Shown here: positions 1-8,617 of the stretch, one piece after another | Position numbering within the stretch: position 1 is the stretch's first letter | How the letters are laid out: every line of letters begins with the position of its first letter | NCBI RefSeq assembly: GCF_004365815.1 | Contig: NZ_SODD01000012.1 | Span: 27,446 to 59,445, forward strand | Reading direction: 5' to 3' | Origin: Breznakia blatticola | GTDB lineage: Bacteria; Bacillota_I; Bacilli_A; Erysipelotrichales; Erysipelotrichaceae | DNA length: 32,000 bases | Notes under the pieces: generated by a model | Database searches by the model: none | Seen by the model: the letters and a program-made list of their open reading frames with translations, nothing else | What the model was told of the DNA's origin: nothing | Made by a program: the position numbers and the translations under genes

Positions 1-150
1 ATTCATACGTTTATTTAATGTTGATAAATTAATTATGTATTATCATAATCAATTTGATATTATAAATGAAGCGAAAATAAGAGTCTACCTTTTTTACGTA
101 TTTATATAAAGAAGCATCATATTATATAAAATCAAATATGTATGGAGCAT

Positions 151-178
151 AAGAAAAGGACTTCACGCGGAAGTCCTT
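151..178 (-). terminator. Rho-independent terminator downstream of dps
   Basis: Perfect 9-bp stem AAGGACTTC (156-164) / GAAGTCCTT (170-178) with a 5-nt loop. Read on the minus strand, the hairpin runs into TTTTCTT. Confidence 0.6.
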
Positions 179-185
179 AGCTCTC

Positions 186-611
186 TTATACAACTTGTTT
201 AATCATCCAAATTGATTTTGTGAATTCCTTAATGTAGTCATCCATTTGGATACCTACAACATCAATGCTTTTTTCTTCAGCACTTTCTTTTACTTCACGA
301 ACTTCACTAAGAATAATTTCAAAGTCTTTCAACACTTCTTTCCAAATAGATTTACTATCTTTGTGATCCATGTTGGCTTCTTCGATTGCTGTAACAGCTA
401 AATAATCTTTAAGTGAGGCAAGTGGCTTTTCGCTTACCATTAAAATCAGTTCACCAACTTCATCAATGGCTTCATTAATGAAGTCATAGTATTCTTCTAA
501 TTTTACGTGTGCAGTAAAGAAGTCACTTCCTTTCACATACCAGTGAAAATTTTGTAGTTTATGATATTCTACAACTAAGTCTGTTAATAATTTATTTAAT
601 TTTGTTTCCAT
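186..611 (-). CDS. dps: Dps-family DNA-protection / ferritin-like protein
   Basis: 141-aa ORF. The N-terminal pattern LQNFHWYVKGSDFFTAHVKLEEYYD is the typical Dps ferroxidase-site region (HW..KG..F...H..LEE.Y). AGGAAGG Shine-Dalgarno lies upstream of the ATG on the minus strand. Confidence 0.85.
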   Translation of the reverse strand: METKLNKLLTDLVVEYHKLQNFHWYVKGSDFFTAHVKLEEYYDFINEAIDEVGELILMVSEKPLASLKDYLAVTAIEEANMDHKDSKSIWKEVLKDFEIILSEVREVKESAEEKSIDVVGIQMDDYIKEFTKSIWMIKQVV

Positions 612-648
612 GTAAATATACCTTCCTTTTCTTTTCCTTACATGTATA

Positions 649-676
649 ATTATACTAAGAATGATTCTTAATTCAA
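649..676 (-). promoter_or_regulatory. dps promoter (-35 TTGAAT, -10 TATAAT) with a 7-1-7 palindrome in the spacer
   Basis: On the minus strand, TTGAAT (fwd 671-676), a 16-nt spacer, then TATAAT (fwd 649-654). The spacer is filled by the perfect palindrome TAAGAAT-N-ATTCTTA (fwd 656-670). Confidence 0.55.
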
Positions 677-712
677 ATCATATGAATGAGAAAAATGAGG
701 ACTTGACAGGTT

Positions 713-785
713 TGTTATAATGGTAAGACATAAGCGGACGGATATTTGTTTGCAAGTCCAATTACGTCTTAAAAAGTGCTATAAT
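713..785 (+). promoter_or_regulatory. Two tandem extended -10 elements upstream of uvrA
   Basis: TGTTATAAT at 713-721 and TGCTATAAT at 777-785 both fit TGnTATAAT. Neither has a well-spaced -35: the TTGACA at 703-708 is only 7 nt from the first -10. Confidence 0.4.
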
Positions 786-806
786 GTTGGAGAGAATGAG
801 GTTATT

Positions 807-3635
807 ATGGAACAAAATACAATACGGATAAAAGGTGCAAGAGAGAACAATTTAAAAAATGTAGATTTAGTGATTCCTAGAGATCAGATTGTCATTATGA
901 CAGGAGTATCTGGTTCGGGAAAAACATCTCTTGCTTTTGATACAATTTATGCTGAAGGGCAACGTCGTTATATGGAATCGTTGAGTGCATATGCAAGACA
1001 ATTCTTAGGAAATTCAGAAAAGCCAGATGTGGATAGCATCGAAGGTCTTTCACCTGCGATTTCTATCGACCAAAAAACAACAAGCAACAACCCACGTTCT
1101 ACGGTTGGTACTGCTACTGAAATTTATGATTATTTGCGTTTGTTGTATGCGAGAATTGGAGTGCCATATTGTCCAGTTCACAACGAACCAATTACCTCAC
1201 AAACCATTAAACAAATGGTGGATAAGGTGATGGAAACGGAGAATGGTACACGTCTTCAAATTCTATCGCCAATTGTTAGAGGAAAAAAGGGAACACACAA
1301 AGATTTATTCGAGAAGTTAATGAAAGAAGGATATGTAAGAGCACGTGTAGATGGTGAACTTACATTAATTGAAGAAGTTAAGGACTTAGAGAAAAATAAA
1401 AAACATGATATTGATGTTGTAGTTGACCGAATTATTAAAGGTGAAGATCGTGGACGTTTACATGATTCATTAGAAACTGCAGTCAAATTAAGTGATGGTC
1501 TTGCTTTAGTATTAGCTGGAAAAGATGAAATGCTTTTCTCAAGTAACTACTCATGTAAGTACTGTGATTTTGTGGTGCCAAAATTAGAACCAAGATTATT
1601 TTCATTTAATGCTCCATTTGGTTCATGTCCAGAATGTAAAGGACTAGGAGTTACACAAAAAGTAGATTTATCTTTATTAATGCCAGATAAGAGCTTGAGT
1701 ATTATGCAAGGTGGTATTGTCTACTATAAGAATATTTTGAAAAAAGATAACCTAGAGTGGCAAAACTATAAAGCGATGTTGGATTACTACAATATTGATC
1801 CAAACAAACCATTAAAAGATATGACGAAGAAAGAAATGAATTACTTGTTATATGGAAGTGATGTGCCAATTGCCTACAAGATTTATTCAAAATCAGGAAT
1901 GGTTACCCAGAAAAATCAATACATTGAAGGAATTGTAAATTTAATCGAACGTCGTTATATGGAAACAACATCATCATTCTCACGTGAATGGTATGCTTCA
2001 TTTATGGGAGAAGATGTATGTCCAGTTTGTCATGGTTCACGTTTAAATGAAATTGCTTTAAGTGTTCGTGTAAATGGAATAAACATTTATGAATGGACAC
2101 AAATGTCGATTAAACAAGCTTTAATCTTCATGGATAACATGGAATTAAGCAAAACACAGATGTCGATTGCAAAACTAATTCTTGCAGAAATAAAGAACCG
2201 TTTAAGTTTCTTAAGTGATGTTGGATTGAATTATCTAACCTTAGACCGACTTGCAGGAACCCTTAGTGGTGGGGAAGCACAACGAATTCGTTTAGCCACG
2301 CAAATCGGTTCACAGTTAACGGGAGTTCTTTATGTGCTTGATGAGCCAAGTATTGGACTACATCAACGTGATAATGAACGTTTAATTAACTCTTTAAAGA
2401 AAATGCGCGATTTAGGAAATACGTTAGTTGTAGTTGAGCATGATGAAGAAACGATGCGTCAAAGTGACTATATTGTGGATATTGGTCCAGGTGCTGGTGT
2501 ACATGGTGGTCAAGTGGTTGCTGCTGGAACATATGATGAAATCATCAATAATGAAGGAAGTATTACTGCTAATTATTTAAGCGGACGTTTATCGATTCCA
2601 ATTCCAAATGAACGTAAAAAAGGAAATGGAAAGTTCATTGAAATAAAAGGTGCTGCTGAAAATAACTTAAAAAATATCAATGTAAAATTTCCACTTGGAA
2701 CATTGGCTGTAGTTACTGGAGTTTCTGGATCAGGAAAAAGTAGTTTGGTAAATGAAATCCTTAGTAAAGGAGTATCACAAGCACTTGGTCGTGTTCGTAT
2801 GAAACCAGGAAAGTTTAAAACGATTAAAGGAATTGAAAATATTGATAAGATTATCAATATCTCACAAGATCCAATTGGACGTACACCACGCAGTAACCCA
2901 GCAACATATACTGGAGTATTTGATGATATTCGTGACTTGTTTGCCCAAACACCAGATGCGAAAATGCGTGGATATGAGAAAGGTCGTTTCTCATTTAACG
3001 TTCGTGGTGGTCGTTGTGAAGCATGTCAAGGAGATGGTATTATTCGTATCTCGATGCACTTTTTACCAGATGTTTATGTAGAGTGTGAAGAGTGTGGTGG
3101 GAAGCGCTACAATGAAGAAACCTTAGAAGTAAAATACAAAGGAAAGAACATTCATGATGTTCTTGAAATGGACGTTGAAGAAGCAGTTGAGTTCTTCAAA
3201 AATGTACATAAAGTAAAACATAAACTACAAACATTAGCAGATGTTGGTCTTGGATATGTGAAACTTGGACAAAGTGCAACTACACTATCTGGTGGGGAAG
3301 CACAACGTGTAAAACTAGCAAGTGAATTACAACGTAAAGCAACTGGTAAAACATTGTTTGTCTTAGATGAGCCAACAACTGGACTTCACAGTAGTGATGT
3401 AAATACCTTATTAAAGGTATTACAACGCATTGTGAATAATGGCGATACAGTTGTGGTTATTGAACATAACTTAGATGTGATTAAATGCGCGGACTATATT
3501 ATTGATATTGGACCAGAAGGTGGAGATGAAGGTGGACAATTGATGGGTGCAGGTACACCTGAGAAAATTGCAGCAATTGAAGAATCATACACTGGACAAT
3601 ACTTGAAACCAATTCTAGAGGAGAATAAGAAATGA
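807..3635 (+). CDS. uvrA: Excinuclease ABC subunit A (UvrA)
   Basis: Start moved to ATG 807 (MEQNTIRIKGARENNLKNV, the canonical UvrA N-terminus; GAGG 5 nt upstream). Two Walker A motifs (GVSGSGKTS, GVSGSGKSS), two ABC signatures (LSGGEAQR), and Cys-rich zinc modules (CKYCDF..CPECKG; CEACQGDG..CEECGG). Confidence 0.97.
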   Translation: MEQNTIRIKGARENNLKNVDLVIPRDQIVIMTGVSGSGKTSLAFDTIYAEGQRRYMESLSAYARQFLGNSEKPDVDSIEGLSPAISIDQKTTSNNPRSTVGTATEIYDYLRLLYARIGVPYCPVHNEPITSQTIKQMVDKVMETENGTRLQILSPIVRGKKGTHKDLFEKLMKEGYVRARVDGELTLIEEVKDLEKNKKHDIDVVVDRIIKGEDRGRLHDSLETAVKLSDGLALVLAGKDEMLFSSNYSCKYCDFVVPKLEPRLFSFNAPFGSCPECKGLGVTQKVDLSLLMPDKSLSIMQGGIVYYKNILKKDNLEWQNYKAMLDYYNIDPNKPLKDMTKKEMNYLLYGSDVPIAYKIYSKSGMVTQKNQYIEGIVNLIERRYMETTSSFSREWYASFMGEDVCPVCHGSRLNEIALSVRVNGINIYEWTQMSIKQALIFMDNMELSKTQMSIAKLILAEIKNRLSFLSDVGLNYLTLDRLAGTLSGGEAQRIRLATQIGSQLTGVLYVLDEPSIGLHQRDNERLINSLKKMRDLGNTLVVVEHDEETMRQSDYIVDIGPGAGVHGGQVVAAGTYDEIINNEGSITANYLSGRLSIPIPNERKKGNGKFIEIKGAAENNLKNINVKFPLGTLAVVTGVSGSGKSSLVNEILSKGVSQALGRVRMKPGKFKTIKGIENIDKIINISQDPIGRTPRSNPATYTGVFDDIRDLFAQTPDAKMRGYEKGRFSFNVRGGRCEACQGDGIIRISMHFLPDVYVECEECGGKRYNEETLEVKYKGKNIHDVLEMDVEEAVEFFKNVHKVKHKLQTLADVGLGYVKLGQSATTLSGGEAQRVKLASELQRKATGKTLFVLDEPTTGLHSSDVNTLLKVLQRIVNNGDTVVVIEHNLDVIKCADYIIDIGPEGGDEGGQLMGAGTPEKIAAIEESYTGQYLKPILEENKK

Positions 3636-4576
3636 GTGTAAAAGTAAGAGAGTTAAAAGAGCATTTTGATTTTGATGTACTTTGTGGGGATGAAAAAGCA
3701 TTAAATCGTGAAATTACGATTGCTGATCCAAACCGTGCAGGACTTGAACTTGCAGGATTCTTTGCCTATTCACAACCCAAACGTATTGTAATTTTGGGAG
3801 ATAAAGAAATCGAATATATCAAAACGATGACAAGTGAACAAAAGAAAAAAAGTTTTGATTTTATTACAGGTGAAAAAACACCACTGATTCTTGTGACGAA
3901 CCATCATGAATGTCCAGTGGAACTATTAGACATTGCCAAGGAAAAGAATTTCCCAATCTTACGTTCGAACCAAAGAACCAGTCGTATGACAACAAATCTA
4001 GTATCATACTTAGATGAACGACTAGCAAAAATTGATTCACTACATGGTGTCCTTTTAAATATTTATGGAAAAGGAGTTATGATCCGTGGAGAAAGTGGAA
4101 TGGGAAAAAGTGAGGTTGCTTTGGACTTGGTGCGTCGTGGTCACCAGTTAATCTCTGATGATTTAATTGATTGTTATCTCATTCATAATGAAATTATTGG
4201 ATATCCGCCAAAATTATTGGAAGGATTTATTGAACTAAGAGGGATTGGAATCATCAATATCCGTAAGTTATATGGATCAAGTTCTACACTACCAAGAAAG
4301 AAAGTAGACTTTGTTATTGAACTAACAAGTTGGGATAATGCACAAGAATATGACCGAGTTGGAATCGAAGATCAAAAATACGAATGTATTCTTGGAATTG
4401 AAATTCCAAAGATTATTTTACCGATTCGTGGTGGTCGTTCAATGGCAACTATTATTGAAAGTGCAGTAACAAATATTGTACTTCAAGAAGAAGGATACAA
4501 CTCAGCTAGAGATTTCGAACAACGTGTACTTAGTTTGATTGAAACTCAAAAAAGTGAAAGTGAAGGAGATAAGTAA
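3632..4576 (+). CDS. hprK: HPr kinase/phosphorylase
   Basis: 314 aa with Walker A GESGMGKSE followed by LISDD and ELRGIGIINI, all typical of HprK/P. ATGA start/stop overlap with uvrA; AGAGGAG Shine-Dalgarno. Confidence 0.93.
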   Translation: MSVKVRELKEHFDFDVLCGDEKALNREITIADPNRAGLELAGFFAYSQPKRIVILGDKEIEYIKTMTSEQKKKSFDFITGEKTPLILVTNHHECPVELLDIAKEKNFPILRSNQRTSRMTTNLVSYLDERLAKIDSLHGVLLNIYGKGVMIRGESGMGKSEVALDLVRRGHQLISDDLIDCYLIHNEIIGYPPKLLEGFIELRGIGIINIRKLYGSSSTLPRKKVDFVIELTSWDNAQEYDRVGIEDQKYECILGIEIPKIILPIRGGRSMATIIESAVTNIVLQEEGYNSARDFEQRVLSLIETQKSESEGDK

Positions 4577-6057
4577 TGCGTTTATTTCCTGATTTAAAAA
4601 CGTTCTTGGAAATTGAAATTGGAAGTTTTCATTTACGCATTGCATGGTATGCCATTTTAATTGTTACAGGTGCGATTATTGCATATCGCATGTCATTAAG
4701 AAACGCAAAAAAGATTGGTTATGGAAAAGAGCTTCTTGAAGACTATTTCTTAATGATGATGCCACTAGCAATTCTAGGAGCTCGTGTTTGGTATGTCATA
4801 TTTGACTGGGCAAGTTTTGCTAGTGAACCGATTCGTATCTTCTATATATGGGAAGGTGGACTTGCTATACATGGTGGATTAATTACCGGTATTATATTCT
4901 CCTATTTCTTCTTTCGTAGTAAAGGTGTAAATCTACTGCGAATTGGAGATTGTATTATGCCAAATGTATTAATTGCACAAGCAATTGGACGCTGGGGTAA
5001 TTTCATGAACCAAGAGGCATACGGTGGAATTGTAAATGAAGAATACTTTCGGATGTTTCCTTCATTTATTAAAGACAACATGTATATCGATAGTGCCTAT
5101 CGCCAACCGATGTTCTTAATTGAAGGTATTGGAAATGTCATTGGTTTTATCTTAATCATTACACTATTCAAACGTTTCATTCGTAAGAAAAACGGAGATA
5201 TGATTTTTGCGTATGTGATTTGGTATGGAGTCATCCGCTTCATTGTGGAAATTTATCGTACCGATGCACTATATGCAGGAAGTTTAAAGATTGCACAAAT
5301 CACAAGTATTGTCTTTATTTTGGTTGGCTTACTTGGGCTTGCAGGTGTATTTGATCGTTTGTTTAAAAACGTATATCCATTTAAAAAGGAAAAACCAGTG
5401 GTACTATTCGATGCAGATGGAACATTGATTGATACACAAAAGTTAATCTTCGATAGCTTCCGTCATACATTTGCAACATTAAAACCAGAAGTTCAATTAA
5501 CGGATGAAGAACTTTTATTATTCATGGGACCACCATTATATGAAGGTTTGGCAAAATATTTTGATGAAAGTGAAGTAGATAAAGCACTTGAAGTCTATCG
5601 TGATTTCAATCATGGGCGTCATGATGAATATGTAAAAGCGGTGAATCATGCAAAAGAATTACTCGATTACTTGAAAGAAAATGGATATGAAATCGGTGTT
5701 GTCTCAAGTAAGATGCACTGGTTGGTAGATAAAGGATTGATTCAAAGTGGACTTGCGGATTATTTTGATGTAGTTGTAGGGCGAGAAGATGTTACACACT
5801 TTAAACCAAATCCAGAACCTTTACTAATCGCTTGTAAAGAAATGCGTGTACCACATGATAATTTGATTTATGTTGGTGATGCAACAAGTGATGTGCAAGC
5901 AGCACAAAATATGGGTGCAGTAAGTATTGCTTTTGTAAATGATCCAAGAATGAAAGAAGCATTAATCAAGACAAAACCTAGTTACATGGTATATGATTTG
6001 ATTGAAATTATAGAAATAGTAAAGGAGGATCGCACATGGAACGAATTAGTGATGTAG
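4576..6057 (+). CDS. lgt: Fusion of prolipoprotein diacylglyceryl transferase (Lgt) and a PpaX-like HAD phosphatase
   Basis: The N-terminal ~270 aa are polytopic and carry the Lgt signature GRWGNFMNQEAYGG. From about nt 5392 comes a HAD domain (LFDADGTLIDT motif I, VSSK motif II region, YVGDATSDV motif IV) that aligns by eye along its length with B. subtilis PpaX. There is no stop between the two parts. Confidence 0.85.
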   Translation: MRLFPDLKTFLEIEIGSFHLRIAWYAILIVTGAIIAYRMSLRNAKKIGYGKELLEDYFLMMMPLAILGARVWYVIFDWASFASEPIRIFYIWEGGLAIHGGLITGIIFSYFFFRSKGVNLLRIGDCIMPNVLIAQAIGRWGNFMNQEAYGGIVNEEYFRMFPSFIKDNMYIDSAYRQPMFLIEGIGNVIGFILIITLFKRFIRKKNGDMIFAYVIWYGVIRFIVEIYRTDALYAGSLKIAQITSIVFILVGLLGLAGVFDRLFKNVYPFKKEKPVVLFDADGTLIDTQKLIFDSFRHTFATLKPEVQLTDEELLLFMGPPLYEGLAKYFDESEVDKALEVYRDFNHGRHDEYVKAVNHAKELLDYLKENGYEIGVVSSKMHWLVDKGLIQSGLADYFDVVVGREDVTHFKPNPEPLLIACKEMRVPHDNLIYVGDATSDVQAAQNMGAVSIAFVNDPRMKEALIKTKPSYMVYDLIEIIEIVKEDRTWNELVM

Positions 6058-6971
6058 TGATCATCGGAGCTGGACCTGCAGGAATGACTGCAGCTATTTA
6101 TGCTTCACGCGCTGGATTAAAAACAATTATGTTAGAAGCAGGAGCACCCGGTGGAAAATTAACAAAAACAAATGAAATTAGTAATTATCCTGGTTATAGT
6201 TCGGCAAATGGGTTTGAACTAGCAACTGATATGTTTCAACATTCAACAACATTTGGTGCCCAATATTTGTATGGAAATGTTGTAGATATCGAAATTGATA
6301 AAACAAATAGTGGATTTCATTCAGTGATTACAGATGATGATACAGTATACAAAGCACGTAGTGTAATTATCGCTACAGGTACAAAAGAACAACTTCTACA
6401 AGTGCCTGGAGAAATGGAAAATATTGGACGTGGAGTTAGTTATTGTGCTGTATGTGATGGAGCTTTTTTTAAAGGTAAAAAAGTTGCAGTCATCGGTGGA
6501 GGAAACTCTGCGCTAGAAGAAGCGCTATACTTATCTACGATTGTAGAAAAAGTATATGTCGTGATTCGTCGTGATGTATTTAGAGCGGATAGCATCATTG
6601 TAGAGCGTGTAGAAAATACGCCAAACATTGAAGTGATTCGTGAAAGAAAAGTAGAAGAAATCGTAAGTGATGGAAAATCAGTTACAGGAATTAAACTTTA
6701 TGATAGTCATGATGAAAGCAAAAAAGAACTACTTGAAGTGAGTGCTGTATTCCCATATATTGGAGCAACACCAATCAGTAGTTGGATTGCAGATGAAGGT
6801 GTTACAGATGTAGAAGGTTACATTGAAGTTAATGAACATATGGAAACAAAAATTCCTGGTTTATTAGCTGCAGGAGATGTAACTAAGAAATCATTACGCC
6901 AAGTTGTTACAGCAACAAATGATGGAGCAATTGCTGCTCAAAGTTGCGTACGCTACATAAAATGTGTCTAA
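6036..6971 (+). CDS. trxB: Thioredoxin-disulfide reductase
   Basis: FAD-binding motif IIGAGPAGMTAA, redox-active CAVCDG, NADPH-binding motif VIGGGNSALEEA. AAGGAGG Shine-Dalgarno at 6022-6028. Overlaps the end of the lgt fusion by 22 nt. Confidence 0.93.
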   Translation: MERISDVVIIGAGPAGMTAAIYASRAGLKTIMLEAGAPGGKLTKTNEISNYPGYSSANGFELATDMFQHSTTFGAQYLYGNVVDIEIDKTNSGFHSVITDDDTVYKARSVIIATGTKEQLLQVPGEMENIGRGVSYCAVCDGAFFKGKKVAVIGGGNSALEEALYLSTIVEKVYVVIRRDVFRADSIIVERVENTPNIEVIRERKVEEIVSDGKSVTGIKLYDSHDESKKELLEVSAVFPYIGATPISSWIADEGVTDVEGYIEVNEHMETKIPGLLAAGDVTKKSLRQVVTATNDGAIAAQSCVRYIKCV

Positions 6972-6977
6972 ATGAAG

Positions 6978-7008
6978 CACTTGCCATATAAATGGTGAGT
7001 GTTTTTTT
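6978..7008 (+). terminator. Rho-independent terminator after trxB
   Basis: 8-bp stem CACTTGCC (6978-6985) / GGTGAGTG (6994-7001) with two G-U pairs and an 8-nt loop, followed by T7 (7002-7008). Confidence 0.6.
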
Positions 7009-7043
7009 GATATACTACAAGAGAGAACAGTAGAGGGAAACTT

Positions 7044-7697
7044 ATGAGAATACAAAAACTTACAGAACGTACTACGATATTTACAATCTTTGAAGCATGT
7101 GAAGGTTTTGATTTACATCTTCAATTGATTGAAGGGAAACATCGCAATTATTTAATTGATACAGGACTAGGAGATAAAAGCTTAGAGCCAATATTTGAAC
7201 ATCTAAAAGATAGTACAAAAGAACTTATTGTGATTAATACACATCATCATTATGATCACATATGGGGAAATCTTTGTTTTAAAAATCATACGATTATTGG
7301 ACATCGCAGCATTCTTGAAGCGATTAAAGCAGACTGGCAAAGAGCCACAACACAGTTTATCGAGTGGAAACAAGGAAATATTGAAATGGTGCTACCAAAT
7401 TTGGTATTTGATGAACGTATGATGTATGTTGATGATGGAATTGAAATTTTTTATGCACCAGGTCATGCTGGGTGTGATATTGCGATTTATGATGCAGTGG
7501 ATCGCACGTTAAATGTTGGTGATAATATAGGTGATACGCCAGAAGAGTTAGTGCCAGGTCTTGTCTGTGATGAAGAAATCTATAAAGCATCACTAGCGCT
7601 TTATGAAACCTATGATGCAAAATATGTTATTTCTGGACATAATCACATTATGGATAAGAGTGTATTTCAAGAAATTCGTGATTGTTTATCTAAGTAG
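7044..7697 (+). CDS. Metallo-beta-lactamase-fold hydrolase (function unknown)
   Basis: 217 aa with the HxHxDH motif (INTHHHYDHIWGN) plus downstream His/Asp ligand candidates (APGHAGCD, SGHNH). Extended -10 TGATATACT at 7008-7016 and an AGAGGGA Shine-Dalgarno. Confidence 0.75.
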   Translation: MRIQKLTERTTIFTIFEACEGFDLHLQLIEGKHRNYLIDTGLGDKSLEPIFEHLKDSTKELIVINTHHHYDHIWGNLCFKNHTIIGHRSILEAIKADWQRATTQFIEWKQGNIEMVLPNLVFDERMMYVDDGIEIFYAPGHAGCDIAIYDAVDRTLNVGDNIGDTPEELVPGLVCDEEIYKASLALYETYDAKYVISGHNHIMDKSVFQEIRDCLSK

Positions 7698-7723
7698 CTA
7701 GACGCGCTATTTGCGTATACTTA

Positions 7724-7732
7724 TGCTATAAT
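7724..7732 (+). promoter_or_regulatory. Extended -10 element (TGCTATAAT) upstream of rapZ
   Basis: Exact TGnTATAAT match 22 nt upstream of the preferred rapZ start. I found no good -35. Confidence 0.4.
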
Positions 7733-7753
7733 ATTTGCAAGGTGGTGGGTGTT

Positions 7754-8617
7754 ATGGAAGTAATGAAAAAGCAGAATATTATCTTAGTCACTGGGATGTC
7801 TGGTGCAGGAAAGACAAGTGCTATTGGTGTACTAGAAGATATGGGATATCACTGTATCGATATGTTTCCTGTGCAACTCTTAGATGAACTAGGAAAGATT
7901 ATTAGTGATGAACATGATCCGCGATATCAAAATATTGCATTTGCGACAAGTGCACAAGATTATCAAAAGTTCCTTTCTTATTTTGAAGGTCGGGATAAAA
8001 ATGTGCGAGTTGTTTATTTAGATGCAAGCAATGAAGAACTACTAAAACGCTATAAATTCACAAGACGTAACCATCCACTTATTGTCAGTGGAAAAGCAAA
8101 TACATTAGAAGAAGCAATTGAAGCTGAGCGTGACTTGTTTAACGATATTAACTATCGTAAAGTCATTCATATCGATACGACAAAACTATCAATTAAAGCA
8201 TTACGTGAAATGTTAGAATCACGTCTTGCCATTGATGCAAAAAATAGTTTTGTTATTTCGTTTGTTTCCTTTGGTTATAAAAATGGGGTTCCTTTAGATG
8301 CCGATTTAATGTTTGATGTCAGATTCTTACCAAATCCATATTGGATTGAAAGTATGCGAAATCAAACCGGTGATGACAAAGATGTCTATGACTTTGTCAT
8401 GGAAAAAGAAGAAACAAAAGAGTATCTTACGCACTTATTACCGTTTTTGGATTACTCATTTGAGCAGTATAAAAACGAAGGGAAAAATCACTTAACAGTA
8501 ACCATAGGTTGTACCGGTGGACAACACCGTAGTGTAACACTTGTAAATTACTTATTTGATCATTATCGCAATCGCTATAAATGTCACAAGGGACATCGAG
8601 ATAAAAAGGTGGACTAA
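7754..8617 (+). CDS. rapZ: RNase adapter / nucleotide-binding protein RapZ (YvcJ)
   Basis: Walker A GMSGAGKTS near the N-terminus and a C-terminal CTGGQHRSV motif. Start placed at ATG 7754, behind GGTGGTGGG, rather than the GTG at 7742. Followed by yvcK and whiA, as in other Bacillota. Confidence 0.9.
   Translation: MEVMKKQNIILVTGMSGAGKTSAIGVLEDMGYHCIDMFPVQLLDELGKIISDEHDPRYQNIAFATSAQDYQKFLSYFEGRDKNVRVVYLDASNEELLKRYKFTRRNHPLIVSGKANTLEEAIEAERDLFNDINYRKVIHIDTTKLSIKALREMLESRLAIDAKNSFVISFVSFGYKNGVPLDADLMFDVRFLPNPYWIESMRNQTGDDKDVYDFVMEKEETKEYLTHLLPFLDYSFEQYKNEGKNHLTVTIGCTGGQHRSVTLVNYLFDHYRNRYKCHKGHRDKKVD

Noticed and set aside
703-721. TTGACA (703-708) plus TATAAT (716-721), which at first looks like a perfect promoter for uvrA.
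   Set aside because: The two hexamers are only 7 nt apart, so they cannot work as a -35/-10 pair. I kept only the extended -10 reading (TGTTATAAT).
731-760. Possible LexA (Cheo) SOS box upstream of uvrA (CGGACGGATATTTGTTTG).
   Set aside because: The Bacillota consensus is CGAAC-N4-GTTCG. Here the GAC and GTT half-like elements are 8 nt apart and each half is degenerate. No convincing SOS box is visible by eye, and a PWM scan would be needed to say more.
720-806. N-terminal extensions proposed by the longest-ORF track: uvrA 720-806, rapZ 7742-7753, whiA 9557-9565, MATE 11770-11814, nagA 14803-14838, surface protein 16201-16242, membrane protein 23293-23304, agaS 23427-23444, hydrolase 25083-25151.
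   Set aside because: In each case a downstream in-frame start has a well-spaced Shine-Dalgarno and gives the N-terminus expected for the family. The extension overlaps a promoter, a terminator hairpin or the Shine-Dalgarno itself.
1027-3081. Short ORFs from the six-frame track nested in or antisense to uvrA (1027-1230, 1256-1486, 1702-1890, 2573-2857, 2833-3081). Similar nested ORFs occur in other long genes (6440-6628, 7357-7620, 8313-8495, 10209-10439, 10895-11107, 11949-12248, 13891-14112, 15223-15689, 23510-24130, 25485-25712, 25874-26056, 27572-28462, 29324-29593, 31274-31549).
   Set aside because: All lie entirely within, or largely overlap, strongly supported conserved CDSs in another frame or strand. 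They lack Shine-Dalgarno sequences and translate to low-complexity or Cys/Ser/Leu-rich junk typical of off-frame reading of AT-rich genes.
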